A stretch of 55,692 nt of DNA, from NCBI RefSeq assembly GCF_002087085.1, contig NZ_MWQY01000014.1, forward strand, positions 62,001-117,692, read 5' to 3'. Below the pieces are notes generated by a model that searched no databases, had not been told where the DNA came from, and saw nothing but the letters and a program-made list of their open reading frames with translations. Below are positions 20,090 to 30,045 of this stretch, piece after piece (positions within the stretch are counted from its first letter, which is position 1; each line of letters begins with the position of its first letter). Made by a program: the position numbers and the translations under genes.

Positions 20090-20097
20090 CACCTCTG

Positions 20098-21456
20098 TTA
20101 CAGGATGTACTGACTCAGGTCCTTGTCCTGAAGCACATCGCTCAACCGATCGTTCACGTAATCCGGGGTTATGGTTATGGTCTGCCCGCTTATTTCCGGC
20201 GCCGTAAAGGAGACCTCCTCCAGAAGCAGCTCCATTATGGTATGCAGCCTTCGGGCGCCGATGTTCTCGCTCATGCTGTTTACCTGGGCAGCTATCTCCG
20301 ACAGCCGTTTTACCGCCTCGGGGGTAAAATCCAGGGTAACGTCCTCGGTACCGATAAGCGCCTTGTACTGGGTGATCAGGGCGTTCTGAGGCTGGGTCAA
20401 TATCCTCTCGAATTCCTCGGCTCCCAGGTCCTTGAGCTCGACCCGCAGGGGGAAACGTCCCTGGAGTTCGGGAATCAGATCCGAAGGCTTGGAGATGTGA
20501 AAAGCCCCGGCGGCAATAAAGAGGATGTGACTGGTGTCGATCATCCCGTGCTTTGTATTTACGGTGCTGCCCTCCACGATGGGAAGAATATCCCGCTGGA
20601 CCCCTTCGCGGCTCACGTCCGCTCCGGATCGGTTCTCCTTGCCTGCAACCTTGTCGATCTCGTCTATGAAGATGATTCCCATCTCCTGGACCCGATCCCT
20701 GGCGATCTCCGAAACCCTTTCGGTATCCACCAGCTTGTCCAGTTCCTCAGCCATGATTATTTCCCTGGCCCGTTTTACAGTTACCCGTTTTCTCTTCTTG
20801 CCTCCGCCGAGGATATTGGAAAGGTTGCCCAGGTTCAGGTCCATCTCTTCCATGCTGTTGCCGGCGAAAACCTCGATGGTCGGGAAACCTCCCCGGGATA
20901 CGTTCACCTCAACACTCTTCTCCTCGAGTTTGCCTTCACGAAGCATCTTCCGGAACTTTTCCCGGGTATCGCTTCCACCGCTCTCCTCCACGGGAACAGG
21001 CATAGTGCCCTCCTTCGGGGCCTCCGGCTTTTTTATACCCGGAAGGAGAAGATCGAGGATCGCCTCCTCGGTCCGCCGTTCCGCCTCTTCCCGGACGCCC
21101 TCCTGAAGCTCCTCCTTGACCATGGAGACGGCCACACTCATGAGGTCCCGAACCATGGATTCCACGTCCCGTCCCACGTAGCCGACTTCGGTATACTTGG
21201 TGGCCTCCACCTTTACAAAGGGTGCGCCGCTGAGGCGGGAGAGACGACGGGCGATTTCAGTTTTTCCGACCCCGGTGGGGCCGATCATTATGATATTCTT
21301 GGGGGCAATCTCGTCCCTCAGCTCCTTGGGAAGCTTCTTTCTCCGGGTGCGGTTTCGCAGTGCGATGGCCACGGCTTTCTTTGCCTCGTTCTGACCGATA
21401 ATGTATTTATCAAGCTCCGCCACAATTTCCCGGGGAGTCATGTCGTCAATAATCAT
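20098..21456 (-). CDS. hslU: ATP-dependent protease ATPase subunit HslU
   Basis: [35 protein letters not shown]. Confidence 0.98.
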   Translation of the reverse strand: MIIDDMTPREIVAELDKYIIGQNEAKKAVAIALRNRTRRKKLPKELRDEIAPKNIIMIGPTGVGKTEIARRLSRLSGAPFVKVEATKYTEVGYVGRDVESMVRDLMSVAVSMVKEELQEGVREEAERRTEEAILDLLLPGIKKPEAPKEGTMPVPVEESGGSDTREKFRKMLREGKLEEKSVEVNVSRGGFPTIEVFAGNSMEEMDLNLGNLSNILGGGKKRKRVTVKRAREIIMAEELDKLVDTERVSEIARDRVQEMGIIFIDEIDKVAGKENRSGADVSREGVQRDILPIVEGSTVNTKHGMIDTSHILFIAAGAFHISKPSDLIPELQGRFPLRVELKDLGAEEFERILTQPQNALITQYKALIGTEDVTLDFTPEAVKRLSEIAAQVNSMSENIGARRLHTIMELLLEEVSFTAPEISGQTITITPDYVNDRLSDVLQDKDLSQYIL

Positions 21457-21992
21457 GCCAGCTCCTCACTGATAATGGATTCGTTGGTGTAGATGCAGAT
21501 TTTCGCCGCTATCCTCAGGCAGCGTCGGGCGATTTCCAGGGCGCTCAGATCGACACCGGAATCAAGGTAGGCCAGCGCAGCCGCGTAGGCATAACTTCCC
21601 CCGGAACCGATGGCAATGGCGCCCTCCTCGGGTTCGATAACATCCCCGGTCCCCGAAATCAGGAGTATCTTCTCCCTGTCCGCCACCAGCAGCATTGCCT
21701 CAAGGCGGCGAAGCATACGGTCCGTGCGCCAATCCTTGGCCAGCTCAACCGCAGCCCTTGTAAGGTCTCCCTTGTATTCCTTTATGCGGCCCTCGAAGTG
21801 TTCGAAGAGGGTAAAGGCGTCCGCCGTCGCCCCGGCAAAACCGACGAGGATTTTACCGTCGTATATGGTCCGCACTTTCTTGGCGTTACCTTTCATAACA
21901 GTATTGCCCAGGGTAACCTGGCCGTCCCCGGCCATGGCTGTTTTACCGTCTTTGCGTACAGCAAGTATGGTTGTCGCTTTCATCTGGTTCAT
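21453..21992 (-). CDS. hslV: ATP-dependent protease peptidase subunit HslV
   Basis: [10 protein letters not shown]...[13 protein letters not shown]; short propeptide before catalytic Thr. Confidence 0.98.
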   Translation of the reverse strand: MNQMKATTILAVRKDGKTAMAGDGQVTLGNTVMKGNAKKVRTIYDGKILVGFAGATADAFTLFEHFEGRIKEYKGDLTRAAVELAKDWRTDRMLRRLEAMLLVADREKILLISGTGDVIEPEEGAIAIGSGGSYAYAAALAYLDSGVDLSALEIARRCLRIAAKICIYTNESIISEELA

Positions 21993-22963
21993 TTATTCAC
22001 ATCCTTCGTGTCGCTCCCCTTTTCAGGGATATTCTTGCTTCCATGGGGGTGGGCCCTGGCATGGACGCCCCGCAGTCTGTCCAGCTCCACGTGGGTATAG
22101 ACCTGGGTTGCCCTGAGGGATGAATGGCCCAAAAGTTCCTGAACAGTACGGATCCCCGCTCCCTTGTCCATCAGGTGAGTGGCAAAACTGTGCCGCAGCG
22201 TATGGGGAGAGATCTTCTTCCCCAGTTCCGCCCTCCGGGCAGCTTCGGCCACGACGGTACGGATACTGCGGTCGCTCAAGGCCCCGCCATTCCTGTTTAT
22301 TAAAAGCGGGCCCTCAGGCCTATCCCTTTCCGTGGGAATCTTTCCTTTTCTCCGGAGAAGCTCCTGCCGAAGGGGGAGGTACACCGCCAGTGCGTCCAGG
22401 GCAGGACCTCCCAGGTAGACATATCTCTCCTTGTCGCCTTTACCAAGAACCCGTATCCGCCCCTCCGCCCTGCGGAGGTCTCTCATCCTGATCCCTGCTG
22501 CCTCGCTTACCCGACAGCCGGTAGAGTAGAGAAGCTCAAGGATAAACCGGTCACGGCTTCCGGCGAAGCCGTCTTCCTCAAGGGAGAGCATCCTGTCCAT
22601 CTCCTGAACAAAAAGAAAATCCGGAAGCCTCCGGTTTGTTTTCAGCCCCTCAATCTCCGAGAGGGGATCAGTATCTATGACCTTCCGCTTCTGCAGGTAG
22701 CGGAACCATCCCCGCAGAGAGGAAAGAACCCGGTTTATACTGCGGGCCCCCAAACCCTTGCGGTTGAGAAAACCGATAAAACCCCGCAGGACCCGACGAT
22801 CCGGCGGAAAGGAGAGGTCCTGAACCTGCGAATACTCTGCATAGAGCCGGACATCCCTGGAATAGGCTTCGACCGTCCTGGCGGAAAGACGCCGTATTCC
22901 TGCCAGATAATCAAGATATTCGTCTGCCAGAAATGCTGCAGAATATTCTCCTCCCCTGTTCAT
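21989..22963 (-). CDS. xerC: Tyrosine recombinase, XerC-like
   Basis: Complete catalytic set (CRVSE, GKG, HTLRH, LGH, TQVY); dprA-xerC-hslVU context; ATGA overlap with dprA. Confidence 0.85.
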   Translation of the reverse strand: MNRGGEYSAAFLADEYLDYLAGIRRLSARTVEAYSRDVRLYAEYSQVQDLSFPPDRRVLRGFIGFLNRKGLGARSINRVLSSLRGWFRYLQKRKVIDTDPLSEIEGLKTNRRLPDFLFVQEMDRMLSLEEDGFAGSRDRFILELLYSTGCRVSEAAGIRMRDLRRAEGRIRVLGKGDKERYVYLGGPALDALAVYLPLRQELLRRKGKIPTERDRPEGPLLINRNGGALSDRSIRTVVAEAARRAELGKKISPHTLRHSFATHLMDKGAGIRTVQELLGHSSLRATQVYTHVELDRLRGVHARAHPHGSKNIPEKGSDTKDVNK

Positions 22964-23856
22964 GGCAGCTGCTCCTCTGGCAGTGCCCGGGGTAAATATT
23001 CCCATTGGCTCTTCCACTCTTCCATGAGTTCACCGGCAGAGTTTATCGCCCGGGCTCCGTCTTCATGAAGAGCGAATCCGCCGTCACCGACACCTGTCTG
23101 AAAACAGTCGGCATGAACAAAAACCTCCCGCCCCTGTTCCAGGGCGTAATCCGCCGTAATCAGTGCCCCGGAGCGCCTGGGAGCCTGAACAATAACGCAG
23201 CAGCGGGACATTCCGCTGATAATTCTGTTGCGCATGGGAAAATGGTAGCGCCGGGGCTGAGTAAAAACGGAATACTCGCTGAAGAGCGCACCGCCTGAAG
23301 CAATCAGCCTTTCCGCAGTGGGTCTGCTTGAAGCAGGACCGACCTCGGAAACACCGGAACCCAGTACCGCGACAGTGACTCCGCCTCCATCGATGCAGCC
23401 TTCGTGGGCCTGGCGATCTATACCCCGGGCAAGTCCTGAAACAACCGAAACATTGAATCCGGCGAGTTCCCGGGCCAGTTCATAGGCGCTGCGGGCACCC
23501 CGCCCGTTGGGTCTGCGGGTCCCCACCAGGGCTGCATACGGCGCATTTGAATAAGGCCTCCTGCCGCGATAACAGAGGGCAAAGGGAGGATCGTAGATCT
23601 CCCGGAGCAGCTCCGGATACTCTCTGGAGGAGAAAGGGATAATTCCTCCGCCGTTTTTATCAAGCCACTCAACTTCTGCAGCAGCCTGATCATATACCTC
23701 GCCGGCATTCCAGTCTTCCCTGTAGCGCCGTCCGATAAGATCCGCAACCCGGGAGGCGTTTAAGGTACCGCAGTCATACCCGGCAAGCTCATGCAAAAGA
23801 CAGCGTTCATGCAGGGTGAGCTTCGGCAGATGCTGGATAAAAGCGGTTGCGATCAC
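22960..23856 (-). CDS. dprA: DNA-processing protein DprA (Smf)
   Basis: VGTR, VSGLARGID, RNRIISGMS, SGALITA motifs; GTG start. Confidence 0.95.
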   Translation of the reverse strand: MIATAFIQHLPKLTLHERCLLHELAGYDCGTLNASRVADLIGRRYREDWNAGEVYDQAAAEVEWLDKNGGGIIPFSSREYPELLREIYDPPFALCYRGRRPYSNAPYAALVGTRRPNGRGARSAYELARELAGFNVSVVSGLARGIDRQAHEGCIDGGGVTVAVLGSGVSEVGPASSRPTAERLIASGGALFSEYSVFTQPRRYHFPMRNRIISGMSRCCVIVQAPRRSGALITADYALEQGREVFVHADCFQTGVGDGGFALHEDGARAINSAGELMEEWKSQWEYLPRALPEEQLP

Positions 23857-24578
23857 CCGTTATCCTCCTGCAGGATTCCCAGGAGCCGCTCGGCTTCCCT
23901 GGCGGCATCACTGTCGGCATCGATGTCCATTATAGACCGGTACTGATCTTCAGCGGCCTCGTACTCCCCGATTGACGCATATGCCCGGGCAAGTACAAAC
24001 CGCGCATCCGTATTGGATTCACTGATTGAAACAAGCCGCTCAAGATGGGGAATGGCCCTCTCCGGAGTTCCGAGCTCGAATACGTAGAGCACCCCCAGTC
24101 CGTAGAGGGCGTCCCGGTAATCCGGCCTGTACCTGAGGGCTTCGAGATAATAGTATTCAGCCTCGAGCATACCCTGACGCCGCTGTGTTTCATCTCCCCT
24201 GGTTTTTGCGATCCTTGCAGACGCGAGGGCGGCATAATAATAGAGGATATGGTTTTCCGGATAGATTCTCAGGGCCTTATCCAGGTACTCCAGAGCGGGA
24301 CCGAACATCCCGTCATCAAAGAAATCCACCGCCAGCATCCTGTACAGGGTCCCCAGGCGGGCTGTTGAAGAGACAATCTTTTCCACGTCATCCGTGAGCG
24401 CACGGATATCCTCTTCCAGCGCCCGGACCTCCTCTTCCGTAACGGCGGTCTCTTCACCGGCTTCCAGGGCCCGGACGCGCTCGAGATACTCCCTGCGCTG
24501 GGGAGAGCATGAGGAAAGAAGTATGACGAGAACAAGTAAAAAGATGATCAGTTTTGAGAATGAACCGCTCTTATGCAT
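23853..24578 (-). CDS. TPR-repeat lipoprotein, unknown function
   Basis: Signal peptide with LLSSC lipobox, coiled coil, several TPR-like repeats. Confidence 0.8.
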   Translation of the reverse strand: MHKSGSFSKLIIFLLVLVILLSSCSPQRREYLERVRALEAGEETAVTEEEVRALEEDIRALTDDVEKIVSSTARLGTLYRMLAVDFFDDGMFGPALEYLDKALRIYPENHILYYYAALASARIAKTRGDETQRRQGMLEAEYYYLEALRYRPDYRDALYGLGVLYVFELGTPERAIPHLERLVSISESNTDARFVLARAYASIGEYEAAEDQYRSIMDIDADSDAAREAERLLGILQEDNG

Positions 24579-24632
24579 CCTTTACCTCCTCACTATCATA
24601 ACCCTGCAAAATGCCGTCCCGCTTCATCAAGC

Positions 24633-25523
24633 CTAACCCCGGGGATGGAATTCCCTGTGTGCCCGATGCAGTCCTCCCTCCGCAACATGGGTGTATATCT
24701 GAGTCGTGGTAATGTCCCGGTGCCCCAGGAGCTCCTGCACTGAGCGAAGATCCGCCCCCCCTTCCAGCAGGTGGGTCGCAAAGGAGTGTCTGAGGGTATG
24801 GATTTTTCCCTCCACTCCCGCTTCCAGGGCAATCTCCTTGAATCGTTTCCACATTCCTTTTCTGGAAAGCGGTCTGCCGCGATGGTTGAGAAAAACCGCG
24901 TTTGTCGGATGCCTCATAGATACAAGCCTCGGACGACCGAGGCTGAGGTAACTGTCCATTTGTTCTTTGGCCGCCTCCCCCATGGGGACAAAACGCTCTG
25001 CATCACCTTTACCTACAATTCTGACCACCAGGTCCTGGGGATAATACCGGTCAAGGCTCAGTCCGCAGGCTTCTGATACCCGCAGACCGCAGGAATAGAT
25101 CAGTTCAAAGAGGGCCCGATCCCGCAGACCCAGGGGATAGGCAATATCGATCTGCTCCAGAAACCTTTCCACCTCTTCCAGACTCATGGTATCCGGCAGA
25201 CGCCGGCCCGGGCGGGGTCGCTCCAGCAGGAGTGCCGGATTATCCTTCCGCAGGTCTTCAAGCACCAGGAAACGGAAAAATGAACGAAGTGCGCTGATTC
25301 CTCTGGCAGCGGTCCGGGGATCAGGGAGGAGACCCTCAGGAGTCCGCTGGTTCATGAGCCAGAAGGAGATTTGGCCTTCATCCGCCTCGACCGGGGATAT
25401 CCCGGCCTCGAAAAGATAATCCAGAAAGCGGCCAACCACCCCGGCGTAGGTATCCACCGTGGCTTCGCTGTAATGCCGTTCGATCGCGAGGTAATCACGG
25501 TAGATCTGGAGCAGCTTCTGCAC
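24633..25523 (-). CDS. xerD: Tyrosine recombinase, XerD-like
   Basis: [42 protein letters not shown]. Confidence 0.87.
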   Translation of the reverse strand: MQKLLQIYRDYLAIERHYSEATVDTYAGVVGRFLDYLFEAGISPVEADEGQISFWLMNQRTPEGLLPDPRTAARGISALRSFFRFLVLEDLRKDNPALLLERPRPGRRLPDTMSLEEVERFLEQIDIAYPLGLRDRALFELIYSCGLRVSEACGLSLDRYYPQDLVVRIVGKGDAERFVPMGEAAKEQMDSYLSLGRPRLVSMRHPTNAVFLNHRGRPLSRKGMWKRFKEIALEAGVEGKIHTLRHSFATHLLEGGADLRSVQELLGHRDITTTQIYTHVAEGGLHRAHREFHPRG

Positions 25524-26689
25524 TACTCCCCCTGGCCTGCTATCTTTCGGTCCCTCAGAATGGTCGGAATTCCAAGATCGGTATCGCCGTTGTTTCGGCC
25601 GGAGAGAAAGAGACTCGGAGTCCCCCCCTTGGAAAGCCCTTTACCGCGAATTTCCAGCCAGTCCTTGTATTTGATAATCTCGTCCTCGTTCTCCTCTTCC
25701 GCGGCATCGGCATCCGCGGAAACAGCTTCGGATTTGAAACCCGTGGCAACAACGGTCACCCGAATTTCGTCCTCCATAGCGGGATCGAAAACACTCCCGG
25801 GAATGATCAGAGCGTCATCATCGGCGTTTGCGGTAATGATCTGGACCACCTCTTCATATTCCGACAGGGAAAGATCCTCTCCTCCGCTGATATTTACCAA
25901 TATGCCTTTGGCACCTTCGATCCGGGCGTCTTCAAGCAGGGGGTTGTTGATGGCATTCGTCGCAGCATCCACCGCCCTGTTGTCACCATGACCGACGCCG
26001 ATACCCATAAGGGCATCGCCCCGCCCCTTCATGACGGTACGCACATCGGCAAAATCGATGTTTATCTCTCCGGGTACGGTTATAAGTTCGGATATCCCCT
26101 GGACCCCCTGACGGAGAACATCGTCGGCCATAAGAAAGGCCTCTTTTATGGGAGTACGCTTTTCCACAATTTTCAGAAGGTACTGGTTGGGGATGGTAAT
26201 CAGGGTGTCCACGGCTTCCCGCAGTTTACTGATTCCCTCCTCCGCCAGGCTGCGCTTTTTACGCCCCTCGAAATCGAAGGGTTTTGTTACCACCGCCACG
26301 GACAGTATGCCCAGTTCCCGGGCAATTTTTGCAACCACCGGCGCCGCTCCGGTACCGGTTCCGCCGCCCATTCCGGCGGTAATAAAGACCATATCGGCTC
26401 CACGCAGGGCCTCCTTGATCTTCTCGGCGTCCTCCATTGCAGCCTTCTCGCCGACCTCGGGAACTCCCCCCGCACCGAGCCCGGAGGTCAGCTTGGTTCC
26501 CAGGGGAAGCTTGACCTCCGCCTGGGAGCGCTGCAGAGCCTGCAGGTCCGTGTTCGCGGCGATGAATTGTACCTTCTTTAAGTTGGATGCGATCATGCGG
26601 TTTACTGCATTGCTTCCGCCGCCGCCGACGCCGATTACCTTGATCAATGTAGGATCAGCGCCCTGTTCTTCGATAACTTCAATATGCAT
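25523..26689 (-). CDS. ftsZ: Cell division protein FtsZ
   Basis: GGGTGTG tubulin signature, NIDFAD, C-terminal DLGIPTILR peptide. Confidence 0.99.
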   Translation of the reverse strand: MHIEVIEEQGADPTLIKVIGVGGGGSNAVNRMIASNLKKVQFIAANTDLQALQRSQAEVKLPLGTKLTSGLGAGGVPEVGEKAAMEDAEKIKEALRGADMVFITAGMGGGTGTGAAPVVAKIARELGILSVAVVTKPFDFEGRKKRSLAEEGISKLREAVDTLITIPNQYLLKIVEKRTPIKEAFLMADDVLRQGVQGISELITVPGEINIDFADVRTVMKGRGDALMGIGVGHGDNRAVDAATNAINNPLLEDARIEGAKGILVNISGGEDLSLSEYEEVVQIITANADDDALIIPGSVFDPAMEDEIRVTVVATGFKSEAVSADADAAEEENEDEIIKYKDWLEIRGKGLSKGGTPSLFLSGRNNGDTDLGIPTILRDRKIAGQGE

Positions 26690-26731
26690 TGCCCCCTCCC
26701 TGAAGCATTTTTATAAATTCTCCTTCCCTCA

Positions 26732-26815
26732 GATTCAACCGGACCCTACCAAAATCCGACCAGACCCTCAGGGAAGGCTTTTGCCTGCAGGCATCCCCGA
26801 ATATTCCGGGATGCC
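26732..26815. repeat. Two stem-loops in the ftsA-ftsZ spacer
   Basis: CCTTCCCT...AGGGAAGG enclosing an imperfect 18-bp direct repeat, and GGCATCCC...GGGATGCC (26790-26815). Confidence 0.6.
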
Positions 26816-26819
26816 CTGT

Positions 26820-28055
26820 TTAAAAGAATTCCTTCATCCAGCCCTTCAGCCTGCTCATGAGGCCTTCGCCCTTTCTGCGGCCGATACCGCCTTCGGTGAC
26901 GGATACGCCTTCGCTTCCGTACAACACGAGGCCCATGGCCGTGGCGTATACGGGGTTCTGATACTCCTCCACCAGGCCCCTCAGTTTGTCGGGAATCCCG
27001 ATGCGGGCGGGAATCCCGAAAACCTCGAGGGCAAGTTCTGCGGCGCCGGGAATCAGGGCTCCGCCGCCGGTGAGGACGACTCCTCCGCCCAGATGGCGCA
27101 TATAATCCTTCTTCTCGAGCTGATCCCTTACCATGGAAAAGATTTCAGCCATTCTGGGCTGAATTATCTTTACCAGCTCCTGCCTGGGTATTGTGGCAGC
27201 GGGCCAGCCGCCTACTCCCGGGATCATAACCCGTTCGTCCTTATCCACGAGGGGCAGGTAACAGCACCCCGACTCCTTCTTGATCCTTTCCGCCACATCC
27301 AGGGGGGTCTTGAGGATTATCGATATATCGTTGGTAACCTGGCTTCCCCCCAGGGCCACCACATCGGTGTGATAGGGAGCTCCGTCCAGATGAACAAGGA
27401 CATCCGTGGTTCCGCCCCCCAGATCGATAAGCAGGACACCAAGCTCCTTCTCGTCCTCTGTCAGCACAGCCCGGGAAGCGGCCAGGGATTCAAGAACAAT
27501 CTCGCTGACCCGGAAACCGGCCCTGTTTACGCATTTGAGCAGGTTCTGGGCCGATGTTACAGAGCCGGTGACAATATGGACCTCCGCCTCGAGACGGATT
27601 CCAATCATATCCAGAGGATCCTTGATACCCCGCTGATCGTCGACAATGAACTCCTGGGGGATAACGTGCAGAACCTCCCTGTCCATGGGAATGACAATGG
27701 CCTTGGCGGCTTCGATAACCCTGGCGATATCCTCAGAGGAGATCTCCCGGTCCCGTCCCGAGACAGCCACAACCCCGCGGGAATTGATGCCCTCGATATG
27801 GGCGCCGGCGATACCGGTTATGACCGACTCAACCTCCCGGCCGGACATGAGTTCCGCGGCTTCTATTGCGGCGGCCACGGATTTTAATGTGGATTCGATA
27901 TTTATAACTACACCGCGGCGCAGCCCCTGGGACGGAGCAGTACCGACACCGATTACTTCGAGGATGCCGTTGTCATTTGTTTCAGCGATACAGGCACAGA
28001 CTTTGGTTGTTCCTATATCAAGTCCGACAATCAAACCGTCGTGCGGCACCGTCAT
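26820..28055 (-). CDS. ftsA: Cell division protein FtsA
   Basis: LDIGTTKV, IDLGGGTTD, VVLTGGGA actin-like ATPase motifs. Confidence 0.98.
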   Translation of the reverse strand: MTVPHDGLIVGLDIGTTKVCACIAETNDNGILEVIGVGTAPSQGLRRGVVINIESTLKSVAAAIEAAELMSGREVESVITGIAGAHIEGINSRGVVAVSGRDREISSEDIARVIEAAKAIVIPMDREVLHVIPQEFIVDDQRGIKDPLDMIGIRLEAEVHIVTGSVTSAQNLLKCVNRAGFRVSEIVLESLAASRAVLTEDEKELGVLLIDLGGGTTDVLVHLDGAPYHTDVVALGGSQVTNDISIILKTPLDVAERIKKESGCCYLPLVDKDERVMIPGVGGWPAATIPRQELVKIIQPRMAEIFSMVRDQLEKKDYMRHLGGGVVLTGGGALIPGAAELALEVFGIPARIGIPDKLRGLVEEYQNPVYATAMGLVLYGSEGVSVTEGGIGRRKGEGLMSRLKGWMKEFF

Positions 28056-28912
28056 CCCCCCCTTGTCCGGTATACGACTTCCCCGGCCCTGAAATCGAGC
28101 TCTGCCAGGCTCCCGGTGAGCCCCTGCTTCTGCACTACATCTATAACCAGCAGAATACCCTTCAGCAGTTCCGGATTTATTTCCGGACCGGTCCGGACCC
28201 GGACGCGGGCATGCCCCGGAAAGAGCACAACTTCATAGTCGGTTGTACTCTTTTTAACGAATTTTATCTCGCTTATCAAGCTGAAAAGCTCGGGAGAAGC
28301 TGCTTTCAGGTCGGAAAGTTGTTCAAGATAGCGCACCAGCTCTTCGGGAAACCTCATACCCGGCCGTGCGTCAACGAAGCGTACCCCGGAGATTACCGGC
28401 ATGGGTTTGTTTTCTCCCGCTTCGGCGGCGATTATATAGCCCTCCCGGTCCACACAAAGAGGAATGCTGGAATTCCCGGTATCAACCAGAACTGAAGCCA
28501 GGGCTGCCCGGGGAACAATGCTCATGGCGATGGAATGGGGAAACTGCTTTTTTACCCTGGCGTCCTTGATCAAGGGATTGGCGATGAGTTTCTCTTCCAG
28601 GTCGCGTTCCCTGACGCCGAGGAATGATACGCCCCCTTCAAGGCCGGCGATCCTGAGGATCTCCTCGTTACCATAGGGATAATACCCATCAATATCCACT
28701 GAAACCTTTTTCAGGACAAGCCGGGGAGTGATTACCAGATGAAAAACCAGCTCCCCGATGAGTACAAGAAGAAGAAAAATGATCAGCACGGATAAAATCC
28801 GGTTCAGATCCAAGGCTCCCTTCTGCCTGTTGTGTTTATGACGGCTTTTTTTCCTGCCCAGAGGGGACTGGTTGTCCGCATAGTATCGCTCGTAAACGGC
28901 AAAACTGCTCAC
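28052..28912 (-). CDS. ftsQ: Cell division protein FtsQ/DivIB
   Basis: Cytoplasmic tail, TM, POTRA domain (NPLIKDARVKKQFPH), C-terminal LDFR; GTG start overlapping ftsW stop. Confidence 0.88.
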   Translation of the reverse strand: MSSFAVYERYYADNQSPLGRKKSRHKHNRQKGALDLNRILSVLIIFLLLVLIGELVFHLVITPRLVLKKVSVDIDGYYPYGNEEILRIAGLEGGVSFLGVRERDLEEKLIANPLIKDARVKKQFPHSIAMSIVPRAALASVLVDTGNSSIPLCVDREGYIIAAEAGENKPMPVISGVRFVDARPGMRFPEELVRYLEQLSDLKAASPELFSLISEIKFVKKSTTDYEVVLFPGHARVRVRTGPEINPELLKGILLVIDVVQKQGLTGSLAELDFRAGEVVYRTRGG

Positions 28913-30045
28913 CGGAGACCTCCCTGCCTGGTATCGCTTCGGGAAATATTGTGCAGCAAACCGCACATGATCATGGTAATTATAAGAGAGGAACCCCCGG
29001 AGGAAAAAAACGGAAGAGGAATCCCCGTAGCCGGAACGAGGCCGGCAACGACCGCCATGTTGAACAGGGCCTGCAGGAAAATAGCGCTTACACAGCCGAA
29101 ACCCAGGAGAAACGAGAAGGAATCTCCGCTTTTCAGGGCGATTCCGTAGCCCCTGACCGCGAAAATCACAAATACGGTTATGATGGCAAGGACTCCCAGC
29201 AGACCCGCCTCTTCCGCAAGGACGGCAAATACAAAGTCCGAATGGGCTTCGGGAAGCCCTCCGATTTTTTCGGTTCCATGTCCAAGTCCGGCGCCCATGA
29301 AGCCGCCCTTCTCCAGGGCATCCCTGGCGGCGATAACCTGATACCCCGTACCCACCGGATCGAGTTCCGGCTGCAGGAAGGCTATTATTCTCTGTACCCG
29401 GTGTTCCTTCGTGAAAATCAGCATGGCCCCCAGGGGAATAATCGCGGTCATCAGGAAAAGAAAATAGGAAAGTTTTACGCCGGAAACAAAAAATATTGCC
29501 CCGCTTACAGCAACAAGAAAGAAGGCTGTGGAGAAGTCATTCTGGCTGTAGATGATTAAGGCAAAAAGAGCAGTAATGATCAGAGGAGGAAGAACCGTAT
29601 TAACCAGATCGTCCAGACGGTCCTTCTTTTTGCTGAAAAAGTGGGCAAGATAGACAATCAGCGCGAGCTTTGCCAGTTCCGACGGCTGGAAGGAGTTGCC
29701 GAAGAGGAAAACCCAGCGCCGGGCTCCCATCAGCTCACCGCCGATACCGGGAACAAAGGGAAGCAGCAGAGTGAAGCCGCTCAAGAGGAGAAAGGGAGCC
29801 ACCATTTTCCGCAGTACTTCCAGAGAAACCCGGGCGGCCGCAAGGAACCCGACGCCCCCAAGCAGAAGAAACACTCCCCGTTTGAGGAGGAAATGATAAG
29901 AGTTTCCGAATTTCAATTCTCCGTAATAATAGGAGGCGGAAAACAGGAAGGCCGCCCCGAGCCCTGCCAGGAGCACCATTACACCGGTGAAGACAGGATC
30001 GGGAGGACGGGTATCTACTCTTTCCGCAACAAATATATTTCTCAT
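28909..30045 (-). CDS. ftsW: SEDS peptidoglycan polymerase FtsW
   Basis: GARRW, FQPSELAK, PEAHSDFVF, PATGIPLPFFSSGGSS. Confidence 0.97.
   Translation of the reverse strand: MRNIFVAERVDTRPPDPVFTGVMVLLAGLGAAFLFSASYYYGELKFGNSYHFLLKRGVFLLLGGVGFLAAARVSLEVLRKMVAPFLLLSGFTLLLPFVPGIGGELMGARRWVFLFGNSFQPSELAKLALIVYLAHFFSKKKDRLDDLVNTVLPPLIITALFALIIYSQNDFSTAFFLVAVSGAIFFVSGVKLSYFLFLMTAIIPLGAMLIFTKEHRVQRIIAFLQPELDPVGTGYQVIAARDALEKGGFMGAGLGHGTEKIGGLPEAHSDFVFAVLAEEAGLLGVLAIITVFVIFAVRGYGIALKSGDSFSFLLGFGCVSAIFLQALFNMAVVAGLVPATGIPLPFFSSGGSSLIITMIMCGLLHNISRSDTRQGGLR

Noticed and set aside
20035..21492. 485-aa plus-strand ORF and other long antisense ORFs (33140-34306, 48829-49956, 15027-15836)
   Set aside because: Lie opposite well-supported genes; explained by codon bias
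21989..25523. Two tyrosine recombinases as a possible integrative element or inversion system
   Set aside because: Xer-like sequences in housekeeping context, coupled to neighbours; no att repeats, cargo or dif-like site seen
26148..27887. 579-aa plus-strand ORF spanning ftsZ/ftsA
   Set aside because: Antisense shadow of conserved genes; no recognisable domain
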